In this document: positions 9,701 through 18,535 of the stretch, piece by piece
Numbering within the stretch: the first letter of the stretch is position 1
Layout: each line of letters begins with the position of its first letter
Virus record (IMG/VR): IMGVR_UViG_3300032770_000001
Span: 186,001 to 250,000 of that record
Direction: 5' to 3' (one strand)
DNA length: 64,000 nucleotides
Program-made: the position numbers and the translations under genes
The notes under the pieces: generated by a model
Database searches by the model: none
What the model saw: the letters and a program-made list of their open reading frames with translations, nothing else
What the model was told of the DNA's origin: nothing

Positions 9701-12081
9701 ACCGGGCTCATCTCCGTGTAAGGTGCAGGTAAATCGACAGAATTTGTGGCTACTACCGTATCGTCAATGGACAATTCAGCACGGTTGCCCGAAAGCCCAA
9801 TGCGGTACTTATGGTCACCGAGAAAATTTGCTCCTCCATCGAAGTTAAATGGGGTGGACTCGATCTCCGTGCCGTTAGCCGTTGTGATGAAATTACCAAC
9901 AGTCGGATCGGTTCCGGAGAATTGAATAACGGCCTGCTCCATTGCGCTCGAACCGAATTGATCTTGCAACCCAAACGTAATAATCTGATTGGCGATGGCT
10001 TGATCGATGTTCAAATAGAACTCAATCACTAACGGTAGATAGTCGGCAAGACCCGCGACGATACCCGTGGTTGCTCCGGAGGAAACGCCGGAAGAAATGT
10101 TGACGCTGGAAGTAGAGACAGTGATGCTGCCGCCCGAACCTGTCTGTGAAGCGAATAGACCCGCGACAGCGGTTGAAGGTGCTGTCGTACCCTGATATGG
10201 TGAGGCTAGCGTTAGCTGGGTATCGCTGATGACTTTAGCAACGACAACATAGTCGCTTTCCGGATCGGCGGATTTTTTGATCCAATAACCAATTTGGACT
10301 TCACTGGTAAAAGCTGTGCCGGAACCCGTAATGTTAGTGCTGCTATTGGTGAAGTTCACCGTTCCGGTCAACGTGGCGACGAGACTAGACCCATTGAAAT
10401 GGTCACGGAATGAACCCTCATCTGTGAAAACTGCCCCGCGAACAGCAAACTGACCTGCTGCGTCCACGACGGGTGGTACGATTTGACCAGTAGAATACTG
10501 AGCGCCCAGATTCGGGAAGAATCCACTTATCTGTGGCGTCTGTTCTGTGACAGTACCACTCACCACCCAAGGCGATGTTCCTTGGGTCGTCGTTACTGTT
10601 CCACTTACGGGAAGAGGAGTTTGATCGCTTGCAACGGTGACTGGCACAGAGGCAGACATTGTGGTCTGACCAAGGGCGATAGGAGTTCCGCCAATCTGCG
10701 CGATGTTCGTGCTCGCGTTATTGGGTGGGTTGACGGAAACTGCACCCCCAGCGGTGACTTTGACCGCTACATAGGAACTGCCGCCAGCCGTGTTGTGTCC
10801 GTAGAGTACCGACTGTGTGATCTGCGCGGTATCCGTGTCTTCCGGTGCCTGACCGAGGAAGTTGCGATTGATCTGTACAGCAATAGATTGCAGAATAGTC
10901 TGCACGCGGAACGCAGTTTGTGGCGTAGCTCCGTTCGTGTAGACGATTCTGAAGTATTGCGCTTGGCGTCCGAACGGTACGGAAATGGCATCGCCAGCGG
11001 AAACCGACACGCTGCTGATAATGTCCCAGTTCGTGCCATCTTCGGAGAACTGGAATTGAAGCCCGTTGACAGCCGAATCTTGATCGCTAAAAACTGATGT
11101 ACGAATGGAAGTGTACGGCAAGATATTCGTTGCTGTACCTGTGAACACCCCACCAGCACCGAGCGGGGTAGTAGTAGAATTGTTCGAGTCAACAACGCCG
11201 TCAGCCCCCACATCACCGCTGTCAACAATGACATGCTGCGGCGTAGCGAAAGCGACTGTCGGGGTGTTTTGAACGAGAACTTTAAGTTGTCCGGTACTGT
11301 CGGTACTGAACACGCGGAGGTTCGTACCGTCGCTTCCGCCTACTTGTAGAGCATTGACCGGAGCAAGCGAGCCGGGGGTTCCATTGGAAATGTCCTCCGT
11401 GGTGAACGTGCCTGTTCCGGCATTCGCTGTAATCGTACCGCTGACCACCCATGGGCTGGTGCTTTGGGTAACAGCCACAGTCGCCGGAAGCGCATCGACA
11501 GTGACATGAAGATTGGATGGGTCAAGCTGGAAAACCTCACTGATATTATTTGCCTGACCAGCTTCGAGAGTGATGGTTGCCGTGCCCGTCCAAGGTGCGG
11601 ACGTGCTGACGCGGAACATGTTCAACCCGCCAGCGTTGATCGCCCATTGACCGTTGGTGGTTGTGTTTGTGACTGCTGAACCTGTGGCGGGGAATCGCGG
11701 AAGAACGTAGGCCGGACTCCAGTTTGTGCCATCGACCGAAGCCTCAAAATTCAGGGTTCCAGTCCATGTGCCAACGACATTAAACAGAATCGTTCCCGCA
11801 CCTTGACCACTAATTGCGACATTCGATGGGCTGGCAGTGATGGTGCCTGTGACAATGCGGTCAGCGGAGGGGGCAGAAGATACAACTACGGGATGCGCAA
11901 TTGTGCCAATGACATTTGACCCATCCCACATCTGAAACTTGGCGGTGCCGTTCGTCAGGGTGGAATCCGAGGCAGGAGACACCACAGCACCAGTGATGTC
12001 GTATAGAGTAACGTGCGCTGCTTTGCTAATCGGATCAATTGTTAATTGATCTGTCGAATTGCCCGATTTAATTATTGCCAT
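6742..12081 (-). CDS. very long fibre-like virion protein (1779 aa)
   Basis: T/S/A/G-rich; FEASVDGTNW and FQFSEDGTNW modules; TGTVNFTNSSTNITGSGTAF tail-fibre-like segment; repeats shared with 3473-6298. Confidence 0.75.
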   Translation of the reverse strand: MAIIKSGNSTDQLTIDPISKAAHVTLYDITGAVVSPASDSTLTNGTAKFQMWDGSNVIGTIAHPVVVSSAPSADRIVTGTITASPSNVAISGQGAGTILFNVVGTWTGTLNFEASVDGTNWSPAYVLPRFPATGSAVTNTTTNGQWAINAGGLNMFRVSTSAPWTGTATITLEAGQANNISEVFQLDPSNLHVTVDALPATVAVTQSTSPWVVSGTITANAGTGTFTTEDISNGTPGSLAPVNALQVGGSDGTNLRVFSTDSTGQLKVLVQNTPTVAFATPQHVIVDSGDVGADGVVDSNNSTTTPLGAGGVFTGTATNILPYTSIRTSVFSDQDSAVNGLQFQFSEDGTNWDIISSVSVSAGDAISVPFGRQAQYFRIVYTNGATPQTAFRVQTILQSIAVQINRNFLGQAPEDTDTAQITQSVLYGHNTAGGSSYVAVKVTAGGAVSVNPPNNASTNIAQIGGTPIALGQTTMSASVPVTVASDQTPLPVSGTVTTTQGTSPWVVSGTVTEQTPQISGFFPNLGAQYSTGQIVPPVVDAAGQFAVRGAVFTDEGSFRDHFNGSSLVATLTGTVNFTNSSTNITGSGTAFTSEVQIGYWIKKSADPESDYVVVAKVISDTQLTLASPYQGTTAPSTAVAGLFASQTGSGGSITVSTSSVNISSGVSSGATTGIVAGLADYLPLVIEFYLNIDQAIANQIITFGLQDQFGSSAMEQAVIQFSGTDPTVGNFITTANGTEIESTPFNFDGGANFLGDHKYRIGLSGNRAELSIDDTVVATNSVDLPAPYTEMSPVAYIQNTGIPSGSTTISIDWIWFNDVDRLEVTNSFDEPMPFSLSGPYRTNDVAATVSPFNALNITQEASQLFSDFFGNGLDTTNRWNVGSGSGGSNPTSGGIDIRFTSLVPGTTVNGYSLLQSQALFPLLSPTHLRMTWGVVLDNPITTNSYRFWGLGNTLATPTLTTPVLDGIGWEIGIDGNLYAVLYSGNSGTSTTRSQIADLSPSGTNVQPMDGNVHIYYLWWNVGTAFWAIDRAENIVASLPNATFGPNNRTMHMTAINISNGTSGELHVDGCGLGDTARNNQAISDGQYYWRKATVKDVSTAAQTTDTSLVVALSPNTPLPAGSNAIGTVTANAGTGTFNTKDASDMTGTTPGTAPASTSIVGGVYNTVAPTFTNGQTGPFQFDVNGNLKIVATGASGGTSSNFGSAFPGIGTAIGAEYNLTPPTYTDGTMVPLQTDVNGILKVNVNSVSGTFTAASNGATGSPVPSYADYVGFNSSGNLVGVSSSNPLPISVTGTAAVTQSGNWTTRIVGNTGAVLDAAIGGSQPANMIQVGGQVTTANPTYVTATQNTFSFNTVGAVRTDHTSVAGTALTAVPSTFGSAPTGSVQGVNASIFVGTQSVPSGTFGTGPGAVAGSLPVNASLYIGTTALTTTGTAGQALVGIAGHTGVAVDGATGAAVPANALMIGGTDGTNLRALLTSTTGQLHVIADSGSTTAVTGTVTVAQATGTNLHTVLDSGTLTSITNAVTVSQATAANLNATVVGTGTFAVQAAQSGNWTSRIVGNAGATLDGTVAAGTAPTNALAILGQYNTTIPAPTAAQTVAIQVDSTGGLYVNQEGRKQTYRVGIVAFTPIASATAPTVSITGSATKTIRITRIVFSASAATGTICDIQLLRYSALTGGTPNSQAANVAKLDSNNAAQTAVVNQWSAAATTATSAGILNSKRFEIVTAAVSVQPGEIEWKFGDNNEQGLVLRGTGEFAGIRLSAVGTTPVGDCWVEWTEE

Positions 12082-12084
12082 AGG

Positions 12085-12504
12085 TTATCCCACGATGTAG
12101 TTGAGCATGAACTTGTCGGACACGTACCCTTCCAAGCCAATCGCATATACCTCGAATTGTCCCGTTGAGCACTGACCGAACTTCAAATCGATTGCGTCCA
12201 TCTCGAACTCATCTAAATCCTTACCCGTCGTCCCCACGTCATAGGCAATCTGCCCAGTGATGTGGGAGCCCGGTGATACAGCCGGATCAGAAATCATAAA
12301 AAGCATTTCACTCACAGGCAGTGTGCCGAAATCAATCTGCACCTGTGTGACTTTATTCCCCGAACTCGGCAGCAACGACGGATCGATGGTGCCGCTCGGT
12401 GTCGTACTGACGATTACCTCAGACGCGGGTCCAGTTTCGGTCGCGATAACCTCTTGTACTTGCCCCGATACTGGATCACGTTCTAAATATTTCGGTGCTG
12501 CCAT
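12085..12504 (-). CDS. putative virion protein, MAAPKYLERD family
   Basis: First ~46 aa nearly identical to those of 12508-13008. Confidence 0.7.
   Translation of the reverse strand: MAAPKYLERDPVSGQVQEVIATETGPASEVIVSTTPSGTIDPSLLPSSGNKVTQVQIDFGTLPVSEMLFMISDPAVSPGSHITGQIAYDVGTTGKDLDEFEMDAIDLKFGQCSTGQFEVYAIGLEGYVSDKFMLNYIVG
12476..12504 (-). repeat. duplicated gene start (other copy at 12980-13008)
   Basis: TCACGTTCTAAATATTTCGG(T/G)GCTGCCAT, 28 of 29 nt identical. Confidence 0.85.
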
Positions 12505-12507
12505 CGT

Positions 12508-13008
12508 TTAACTCGCGAGGATAATCCCGTCCTCAATGTTCACATCTATTGCCGTTGTGCTTGTTGATGTACCGAGCAACTGAGCGATAACACCCACACC
12601 TGTCGGAACCACAGCCGTCACACCACCCGGCGTTGCTTTGTCGCCATAGTAGCGCGTACCCGCCGTCAAGCCAGTGAGTGATGTGTTCTGTCCACCGCTG
12701 TAATAGGTCGCCGTTGCCGCACTGCTGTAGCTGTTCAAAACGTAACCGATAGCCTGATTTCCACCCGACGACCAGACGGCGTTGTAGAGCTTGCCATCTG
12801 AAGCCTTGATGTATACGAAGGCTCCCGCCGCCAAGCTCTCGCCAGCAGTGGCGGTCGCCGCGCCAGATGCGGGAAGCAGGCTTGGGTCAATCGTTCCACC
12901 CGCAGTAGTTGAGACGACCACTTCTGCCGCAGGACCGACCTCAGTTGCGATGACTTCTGTGACTTTGCCACTCGTGGCGTCACGTTCTAAATATTTCGGG
13001 GCTGCCAT
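12508..13008 (-). CDS. putative virion decoration/cement-like protein, MAAPKYLERD family
   Basis: TAGESLAAGAFVYI...AIGYV...GLTAGTRYY resembles DUF2190/capsid-cement-like modules. Confidence 0.65.
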   Translation of the reverse strand: MAAPKYLERDATSGKVTEVIATEVGPAAEVVVSTTAGGTIDPSLLPASGAATATAGESLAAGAFVYIKASDGKLYNAVWSSGGNQAIGYVLNSYSSAATATYYSGGQNTSLTGLTAGTRYYGDKATPGGVTAVVPTGVGVIAQLLGTSTSTTAIDVNIEDGIILAS

Positions 13009-13020
13009 GATCTATTTCCT

Positions 13021-13581
13021 TTATGAGAGGACAATCGGTAGACCGATTTGAACCTCTATCTGAGTGTTTGAAAGCACAGTTCCAATTGGCAGTTCAAAAG
13101 CTGCCGCTGGAGACTGCGGGACTGTTGTCGTCATTGATCCCCCGGTGCTCAAATAAAGCGTCTGTCCCGGCGTTGTCCAATTCCAACCGAGGTTCGACAA
13201 AAAGCCCAACTGCTGTACCTGAACCGGGTCACCGGGGTTGACTGCACTCGTGATCGCAATCCCGATGGTTTGAGATGTATCCTGTAAATCCGTGACATCT
13301 GCCAAATAAGCGCCTCCATCAGAATGAACGCTGACCACCTGAAAAGCGTTAATCACTTCCTCTGCGGTCAAAGTTGTGACGATAGCCGAGGACGTAGTGC
13401 CGGGAATCAGGCTTGGATCAAGCTGTCCGGTGTTGGTGGTTATCGGAATCGCCCCCGGTGTGCCGCCTTGCTGGACGACAGGTACGCGCCACTCGGTGCG
13501 TCCTTTCTGACCGGGTTTGTCCTTGCGATCAACTACGACAGAAACGTCAAGGGCGTCCAGAATGGGGTTCTCGGTGCTCAT
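13021..13581 (-). CDS. putative virion decoration/cement-like protein
   Basis: Start re-called at ATG 13581 (TAATG overlap); GQLDPSLIP and TAEEVINAFQVV...IGIAI...GQTLYL parallel 12508-13008. Confidence 0.65.
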   Translation of the reverse strand: MSTENPILDALDVSVVVDRKDKPGQKGRTEWRVPVVQQGGTPGAIPITTNTGQLDPSLIPGTTSSAIVTTLTAEEVINAFQVVSVHSDGGAYLADVTDLQDTSQTIGIAITSAVNPGDPVQVQQLGFLSNLGWNWTTPGQTLYLSTGGSMTTTVPQSPAAAFELPIGTVLSNTQIEVQIGLPIVLS

Positions 13582-14090
13582 TAGTAGAACAATGCCTCCA
13601 TGTCGTATACAAACAGGGCGGCAGCCGTCCCGGTAAGGGTCTGTGGGGTCTGCGAAGTTCCGATGTTGGTCTCGGCGTAGTACAGCCACACCTTACGATC
13701 CCCGGCGTCGAGTGCCTGCGCTCCGGCAGGTTCGGCTGTCGGACCGTAGTCGGCGGTGGTGAATGGGAAAGTGATCGTGACTGAGTCCTGTACCGTGGCA
13801 TTCACGACTACCCGGTTGAGAAAATCCGCGTTCGTGAGCCCGGTCAGGATGATGCGTTGAGTCTTCCGCATGTTGCTGGTGGAATCGACCGTCAGCGTGA
13901 CGACGTTGCTGAGTACCGTTACGCTCTGGATGTTGCCGAGAATAACTTCCGGGTTCGATTCGATCTTTTGAAGCGAATTGATCTCGATAAACTGTTCTTT
14001 TTCTTGTGGTTGTGTGGCAGGATCGGGTTTGTAAATCCAGAAAGCCGCGTGAATGGTCGTATTTGCTTGGAAACCAGTTGTGATTGCCAT
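13581..14090 (-). CDS. putative structural protein with small beta-barrel (FCCH-like) module
   Basis: Start re-called at ATG 14090 behind GGAGAG; NVVTLTV...IILTGLTNADFLN...TITF. Confidence 0.6.
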   Translation of the reverse strand: MAITTGFQANTTIHAAFWIYKPDPATQPQEKEQFIEINSLQKIESNPEVILGNIQSVTVLSNVVTLTVDSTSNMRKTQRIILTGLTNADFLNRVVVNATVQDSVTITFPFTTADYGPTAEPAGAQALDAGDRKVWLYYAETNIGTSQTPQTLTGTAAALFVYDMEALFY

Positions 14091-14278
14091 GGGCTCTCCG
14101 AATTGGGCACACGTCGCCGTAGCAACGAAAACGTGCCTGTCCACAGCCTTGTGATTGGGGCTGCGGCTCTAACTAAAGGATCGAAAGTCGGATCAGGCTT
14201 TCACTCGTTTTCTCGTCTTCACCGAGCGGTGAAAGTCCATAAAGTGGTGAAAATAAAGACAAAAAACCCCTAAAATTC

Positions 14279-14309
14279 CTACCCTTTTGAGAGCTTAGAC
14301 TGGTAGAAT
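14279..14309 (+). promoter_or_regulatory. phage promoter, CTAnC-N18-GGTAGAAT class (leaderless)
   Basis: CTACC...TGGTAGAAT; ATG at 14316, 6 nt after the -10 box, no RBS. Confidence 0.75.
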
Positions 14310-14315
14310 GTAGGT

Positions 14316-14792
14316 ATGAAATGTTCACGGACACACTACAGCCGGATGATCGACTACTCAGCCGTCGCGGGTGGTCGGATAAAGCTGAACCAAGCCATCT
14401 ATCAGTATGTCCTCGGCATCAACGGTCGCCGCAGCACCGGGCGCACCCGCAGCCAGATCATGAAGTGGTTCCACGGTACGCCTGAATCTTTCGTGGTCGC
14501 CTCCCTGAATGAAGTTTCCGGTGACCGCATCCTGTTCGATACCACTACGCGCAAGTTCCGCGTGCGGACGTTCGGTGACGTGAAGCGAGAGCGGGAAATG
14601 GAGGCCCTCAGTGCCGCCCCGCCTCCGACGCCGCTCTTCCTGAACCATTGGATTGGGCAAGCCGAGGACGCCATCCTGCAAGGGCAGACCAAGGCGCAAT
14701 TCCTCGCCGCCTGCCATATCGAGAATCGCATCATCGCTGGAATTGCCTATAATCAAGCCAAAATCGCTGCTAATCGCCGGGGGTCACTATGA
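14316..14792 (+). CDS. hypothetical protein
   Basis: First gene after the strand switch; directly behind the promoter. Confidence 0.65.
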   Translation: MKCSRTHYSRMIDYSAVAGGRIKLNQAIYQYVLGINGRRSTGRTRSQIMKWFHGTPESFVVASLNEVSGDRILFDTTTRKFRVRTFGDVKREREMEALSAAPPPTPLFLNHWIGQAEDAILQGQTKAQFLAACHIENRIIAGIAYNQAKIAANRRGSL

Positions 14793-15163
14793 TGAATCTG
14801 GACAAGGTCCGGGTACAATTTCAGTCTAAGAACCCGCACGACACGATATTTATCAAGGTGTGGGCTGATGTTAACAACGAGCCGAAGGAACTGTACAAGG
14901 CTCTGGAGAAGGTCGGTTTTGAACAGGAGAAAACCTTCCCCCTGCCGCCCATCGCCGCCTCGTGCTATTATGACGCTGGCTACGCCAAGGGCGATCAGAC
15001 GCAGATCATCACCCGGTACTTCTGCAAGGACGGTACAGGGTTGTTCGGCGGCTGGACGAAAGAAGAGAAGAGGGTCAACCGTGCCGCCGCACGCAAGGTT
15101 CTCAGCAAGTTCGGTTTTATCAGCGTCACGCATCGCAAGCTGACCATTGCCGATATGATGTAG
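14789..15163 (+). CDS. hypothetical protein
   Basis: ATGA overlap in the + strand gene chain. Confidence 0.65.
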   Translation: MMNLDKVRVQFQSKNPHDTIFIKVWADVNNEPKELYKALEKVGFEQEKTFPLPPIAASCYYDAGYAKGDQTQIITRYFCKDGTGLFGGWTKEEKRVNRAAARKVLSKFGFISVTHRKLTIADMM

Positions 15164-15172
15164 GGGAATTCT

Positions 15173-15484
15173 GTGACCGACAACGCATTGCTCGACGTAA
15201 TCCGGGAGATTCCACAGCAGGCTCAGCGGCAATATGGCACCGACGAGCAGCTTCGGTACGCGATGGCGGCTGCCAATAAGCTTGGTCTGTACGACGCCGC
15301 CGACGTGATCCGCCGTTACGCGGGATTGGACGAGTTGGCGAATTTGGCGCAGAAGCACACCTGCACGTATCCCTGTGAGTTCTGTGCGGCTACCGATCCG
15401 AACTACAGCTTGAAGAAGCACGCAGAGCGCCCCGGCGAAGATTGGCGGGATGTCCGGGCAGCACGAGATTTCCGGAGGGACTAA
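15173..15484 (+). CDS. hypothetical protein
   Basis: AGGGG RBS before GTG; HTCTYPCEFC motif. Confidence 0.6.
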   Translation: MTDNALLDVIREIPQQAQRQYGTDEQLRYAMAAANKLGLYDAADVIRRYAGLDELANLAQKHTCTYPCEFCAATDPNYSLKKHAERPGEDWRDVRAARDFRRD

Positions 15485-16014
15485 TGGGTAGCTTCAAAGA
15501 GAGAACGATTCCGTGGCGTTTGATCCGGTGGACCGACGCCAACAATAAGGAAGTCCGCAGCCTCGTGTTTCACGTGGATGAACTGAAAGAGGTTGTCGAT
15601 CTGCCATTCCCTGAGGGAGCCGCCTGCCGGGAACCGATCTACGAATGCTCGACTCTCGCCGGGGCTCGGTTCTTTCGTCGCGACCTCACTAACATTGGTG
15701 ACTGCTTCACCGAGTTTATCAACCAAGGCAACCGGGACTGTCAGGTGGTCGCCATCGACAACAAGACATGGCGTGTCCTGTACGAATACACCATGCCTAA
15801 TGAAACGTCCGCCCTCCGCTGGTATCAGTGGGAGAACGGCGTCATGAAAACCGGGCAGATTGCCTACAGCACCCTATCGAAGAAGTGGCTCGACCTGATT
15901 GCACAGGAAGGCATAGGCATCGATGGACTGGTTGGCAACCCGCAGTCCGGCAAGTACGCCATGAAACGCAATTTCGAGAAGCACGGGTACGGAGCCTATG
16001 TTAAACACATTTGA
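15484..16014 (+). CDS. hypothetical protein
   Basis: Start re-called at TAATG overlap behind GGAGG. Confidence 0.65.
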   Translation: MGSFKERTIPWRLIRWTDANNKEVRSLVFHVDELKEVVDLPFPEGAACREPIYECSTLAGARFFRRDLTNIGDCFTEFINQGNRDCQVVAIDNKTWRVLYEYTMPNETSALRWYQWENGVMKTGQIAYSTLSKKWLDLIAQEGIGIDGLVGNPQSGKYAMKRNFEKHGYGAYVKHI

Positions 16015-16483
16015 GATCGAACTGCGCAAGCGGACGATGGGCATGACGCTCGGCTTCTCCAAATTTTTCGAGCCGAACGAGAAGTTCGTTGCCTACATGA
16101 AGAAGCATTTCGCCGAAAAGGTCGTGTTTGATGTGGGTGCCGGGGCGGGACATGTGAGCGCGATCCTGAGCGAAAAAGGCATCAAGACCATCGCCCTCGA
16201 CCTGCACATTCACAGCAACCCGGAGTTCGCCGTGTTGACGGCGGATGCCGCCACGTTTAAGTACACCAAGCGGTCGGTGGTTATGATCTGCCGCCCCTGC
16301 CACGGCAATTTTGTCGAGCAGACGATTGAGCGTGCCAAGGAATGTAAGGCATCGGTAGTGCTTTACATCGGCTTACATCGCAACATGGCGAACGATCTCG
16401 GTGATTTTGCCGATGGCTTTGAGGAAGTAGCAACCAAGGTCGGCAACGACGGCGAATCGATCTGGAGATACGACATTGGCTAA
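15998..16483 (+). CDS. class I SAM-dependent methyltransferase
   Basis: VFDVGAGAG motif I, IALD motif II, ADA. Confidence 0.75.
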   Translation: MLNTFEIELRKRTMGMTLGFSKFFEPNEKFVAYMKKHFAEKVVFDVGAGAGHVSAILSEKGIKTIALDLHIHSNPEFAVLTADAATFKYTKRSVVMICRPCHGNFVEQTIERAKECKASVVLYIGLHRNMANDLGDFADGFEEVATKVGNDGESIWRYDIG

Positions 16484-16700
16484 AAGACGCAATTTCGCGA
16501 AACGGTGCTGCCGCAAGTGCGGGGGCAGGGTCGGCGTCATCAAGCGTGACCTGTCGCTGCCGAAGCGCAGTCGAATGGACTTGCTCGGTTGCGTAGAGGG
16601 GCTCCATCTAAACTGGAGCGGAACCACCGGGTACGATCTGTTCGATTTCCCGATGAAAGAATCACACGCCGATCCGTTGAAGGGAGTACGACCGCGATGA
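16476..16700 (+). CDS. small Cys-rich hypothetical protein
   Basis: GGAG RBS before TTG; CRKCG; overlaps both neighbours. Confidence 0.5.
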   Translation: MAKRRNFAKRCCRKCGGRVGVIKRDLSLPKRSRMDLLGCVEGLHLNWSGTTGYDLFDFPMKESHADPLKGVRPR

Positions 16701-17266
16701 GAATCAAAAAGGCAGTGGTCGAACGCAAGCAGAGAGCCGCTCAACTCCGCAAGGCACGGCTGAAACGGGCCGTAGTCAAGAATGCGCACAAGATCAAGAC
16801 CGCCATCGTAGTCGATTACATGGGCTCGGATTTCGGCAATCGCACGCCGGAGATGGAGATCAAAGATCATATTGAGCGGTTCAGTGAGTTCGCGGAGCCC
16901 GTCAAGCTGGACGTATACACGCCGCACACCACCTATCCCGGCGAACTCAAGCCGGGGACTGATCTCGTCCTATTCGACTTCGGCGGCGTCATGTATGGCA
17001 ATGACCTGATGGCGAACAACTCCCGGCACTTGCTCCAGTGGGCTGCCGACAACCCGAATTCTCTGGTAGTCATCGTCTCAGTGTTCACCTACGAAAACTG
17101 CTTGAAGTTCGAAGCGATGGATTTGGGGCTGCTCGGTCAGCTTCACAACATCGTGGTGGACTGCAATCTGGACGATAAAGACCCGTGGTATCGCGGGGAG
17201 CGTTACAGCCCATTTCCAGAATGGTTTGAGAAAGCGCACGGCATTCCCTCGAAGGAATACAAGTAG
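16697..17266 (+). CDS. hypothetical protein, degenerate receiver-like domain
   Basis: Start re-called at ATGA overlap; AIVVD...DLVLFD...LVVIVS pattern. Confidence 0.55.
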   Translation: MRIKKAVVERKQRAAQLRKARLKRAVVKNAHKIKTAIVVDYMGSDFGNRTPEMEIKDHIERFSEFAEPVKLDVYTPHTTYPGELKPGTDLVLFDFGGVMYGNDLMANNSRHLLQWAADNPNSLVVIVSVFTYENCLKFEAMDLGLLGQLHNIVVDCNLDDKDPWYRGERYSPFPEWFEKAHGIPSKEYK

Positions 17267-17274
17267 ACGACAGC

Positions 17275-17303
17275 TTGCATTTTACAGAAAGTTGAGGTAA
17301 CTT
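17275..17303 (+). promoter_or_regulatory. sigma70-like promoter (leaderless)
   Basis: TTGCAT-17nt-TAACTT; ATG at 17310 with no RBS. Confidence 0.55.
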
Positions 17304-17309
17304 GATCTT

Positions 17310-18224
17310 ATGCGCAGAGGCACGAATCCGGTTTTTATCCACGTAGCTGCTGACGGCACCCTTCTCACTCCGGAGCGCAACAACCGGGATCAAAGTGCGG
17401 TGCTCGATCTCGATCCAACCACCAAGATTCTCGGTGTTAACCTCGGCTCCGATTACTGCGCCGAGCACGAGTGGGGCATCAAAGACCTTTACCGGGCGTT
17501 CGGGATCAAGCATGAGATCAACGTCTACGGTCTCAAAAAGCGCAAGATCAGCAAGCTGCCGTCTACGCTGGTGTGGGTAAAGTTGGCGGACGGTCGCGAA
17601 GGTTTCGCCTACCGCAATTTCTGGTACGATAACAAGCCGAAAGAGATTCTCGATAGGGACAGTGAACTGGTGCCCTATGAGACCTACGACCGCACGCTGC
17701 GCAAGATGGTGCCTGCCGCCAAGCAACTCGTCGGGGCGTGGTCTGAGAGCAATTTCGGGGTGTTCTCTAAGAACCCTGACGATATTGCCATGTTGAATGA
17801 GATTTACAGTCATTTCGGCAAGAAGAACATCGTGTTTACATTCTCCGCTGCTCTTCCGGCGTTCGACAATCCGGGGCTCATCATTGCCATCGCCGACCGC
17901 CTGCCAAAGGAAGTCATCAAGATGTGGACGGACGCCGACAAGGAAGCCCACGAGATCGAGAAATTCGTGGTCAAGAGCAAAATTCGCGAGACCCTCGAAA
18001 AGGCTGGCAAGAAGTATTTTGCTTTGAGCCCCAAGCGTGCCAAGGATGGCACCATCGAGTTCTGGTTGAACCCCTACGATCAGGACAAGAACAACTTCGG
18101 CTGGTTCAAGCTTGAAGACCTCCGCGCATGGGCGAAGGGCGAGGGGCGAATTCCGATGTCCGCCGCACAGCTTTTGGAGCAACATGAGCGGCGTCATGGC
18201 AAACAGACAACCGCTGTCCACTAA
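17310..18224 (+). CDS. hypothetical protein (304 aa)
   Basis: Long ORF with phage-like codon bias; no recognised motif. Confidence 0.75.
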   Translation: MRRGTNPVFIHVAADGTLLTPERNNRDQSAVLDLDPTTKILGVNLGSDYCAEHEWGIKDLYRAFGIKHEINVYGLKKRKISKLPSTLVWVKLADGREGFAYRNFWYDNKPKEILDRDSELVPYETYDRTLRKMVPAAKQLVGAWSESNFGVFSKNPDDIAMLNEIYSHFGKKNIVFTFSAALPAFDNPGLIIAIADRLPKEVIKMWTDADKEAHEIEKFVVKSKIRETLEKAGKKYFALSPKRAKDGTIEFWLNPYDQDKNNFGWFKLEDLRAWAKGEGRIPMSAAQLLEQHERRHGKQTTAVH

Positions 18225-18238
18225 ATTCGAGGAGTGAT

Positions 18239-18535
18239 ATGCCTGTTGCGACGAAGACCCTCCCCCTTACCTCAGAACTTCTCAAGCTAACCGAGAAGCC
18301 CTATGAGGAGTTCAACGCAGTGCTGGAAACAGTCCGCACCCGCTTTCCGCTGGATGTCCAGTACGAGACATTCAACAAAGTGCTTTCCGAGGAACTGGTG
18401 AATAACCCGCTCCGGCGTGCGACCCGTATTGCCATTCGTGTAGCAATGGGCGAGAACGTGGACCGTGAACTCAAGCCTTTCAAGTCCTCGCCGCCGTTTG
18501 GAGAAAAGAAAAAGAAGAAAAAATTCAAAAAATAG
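18239..18535 (+). CDS. hypothetical protein with Lys-rich tail
   Basis: GAGGAG RBS; tail is encoded by an A-tract just upstream of the next promoter. Confidence 0.6.
   Translation: MPVATKTLPLTSELLKLTEKPYEEFNAVLETVRTRFPLDVQYETFNKVLSEELVNNPLRRATRIAIRVAMGENVDRELKPFKSSPPFGEKKKKKKFKK

Noticed and set aside
3473-12081. Diversity-generating retroelement or invertible tail-fibre cassette
   Set aside because: No reverse transcriptase or invertase seen; repeats differ mainly at synonymous sites rather than adenines.
18505-18535. Poly-lysine tail as a functional motif
   Set aside because: The A-tract sits directly upstream of TTGACA and is more simply explained as a promoter UP-like element.
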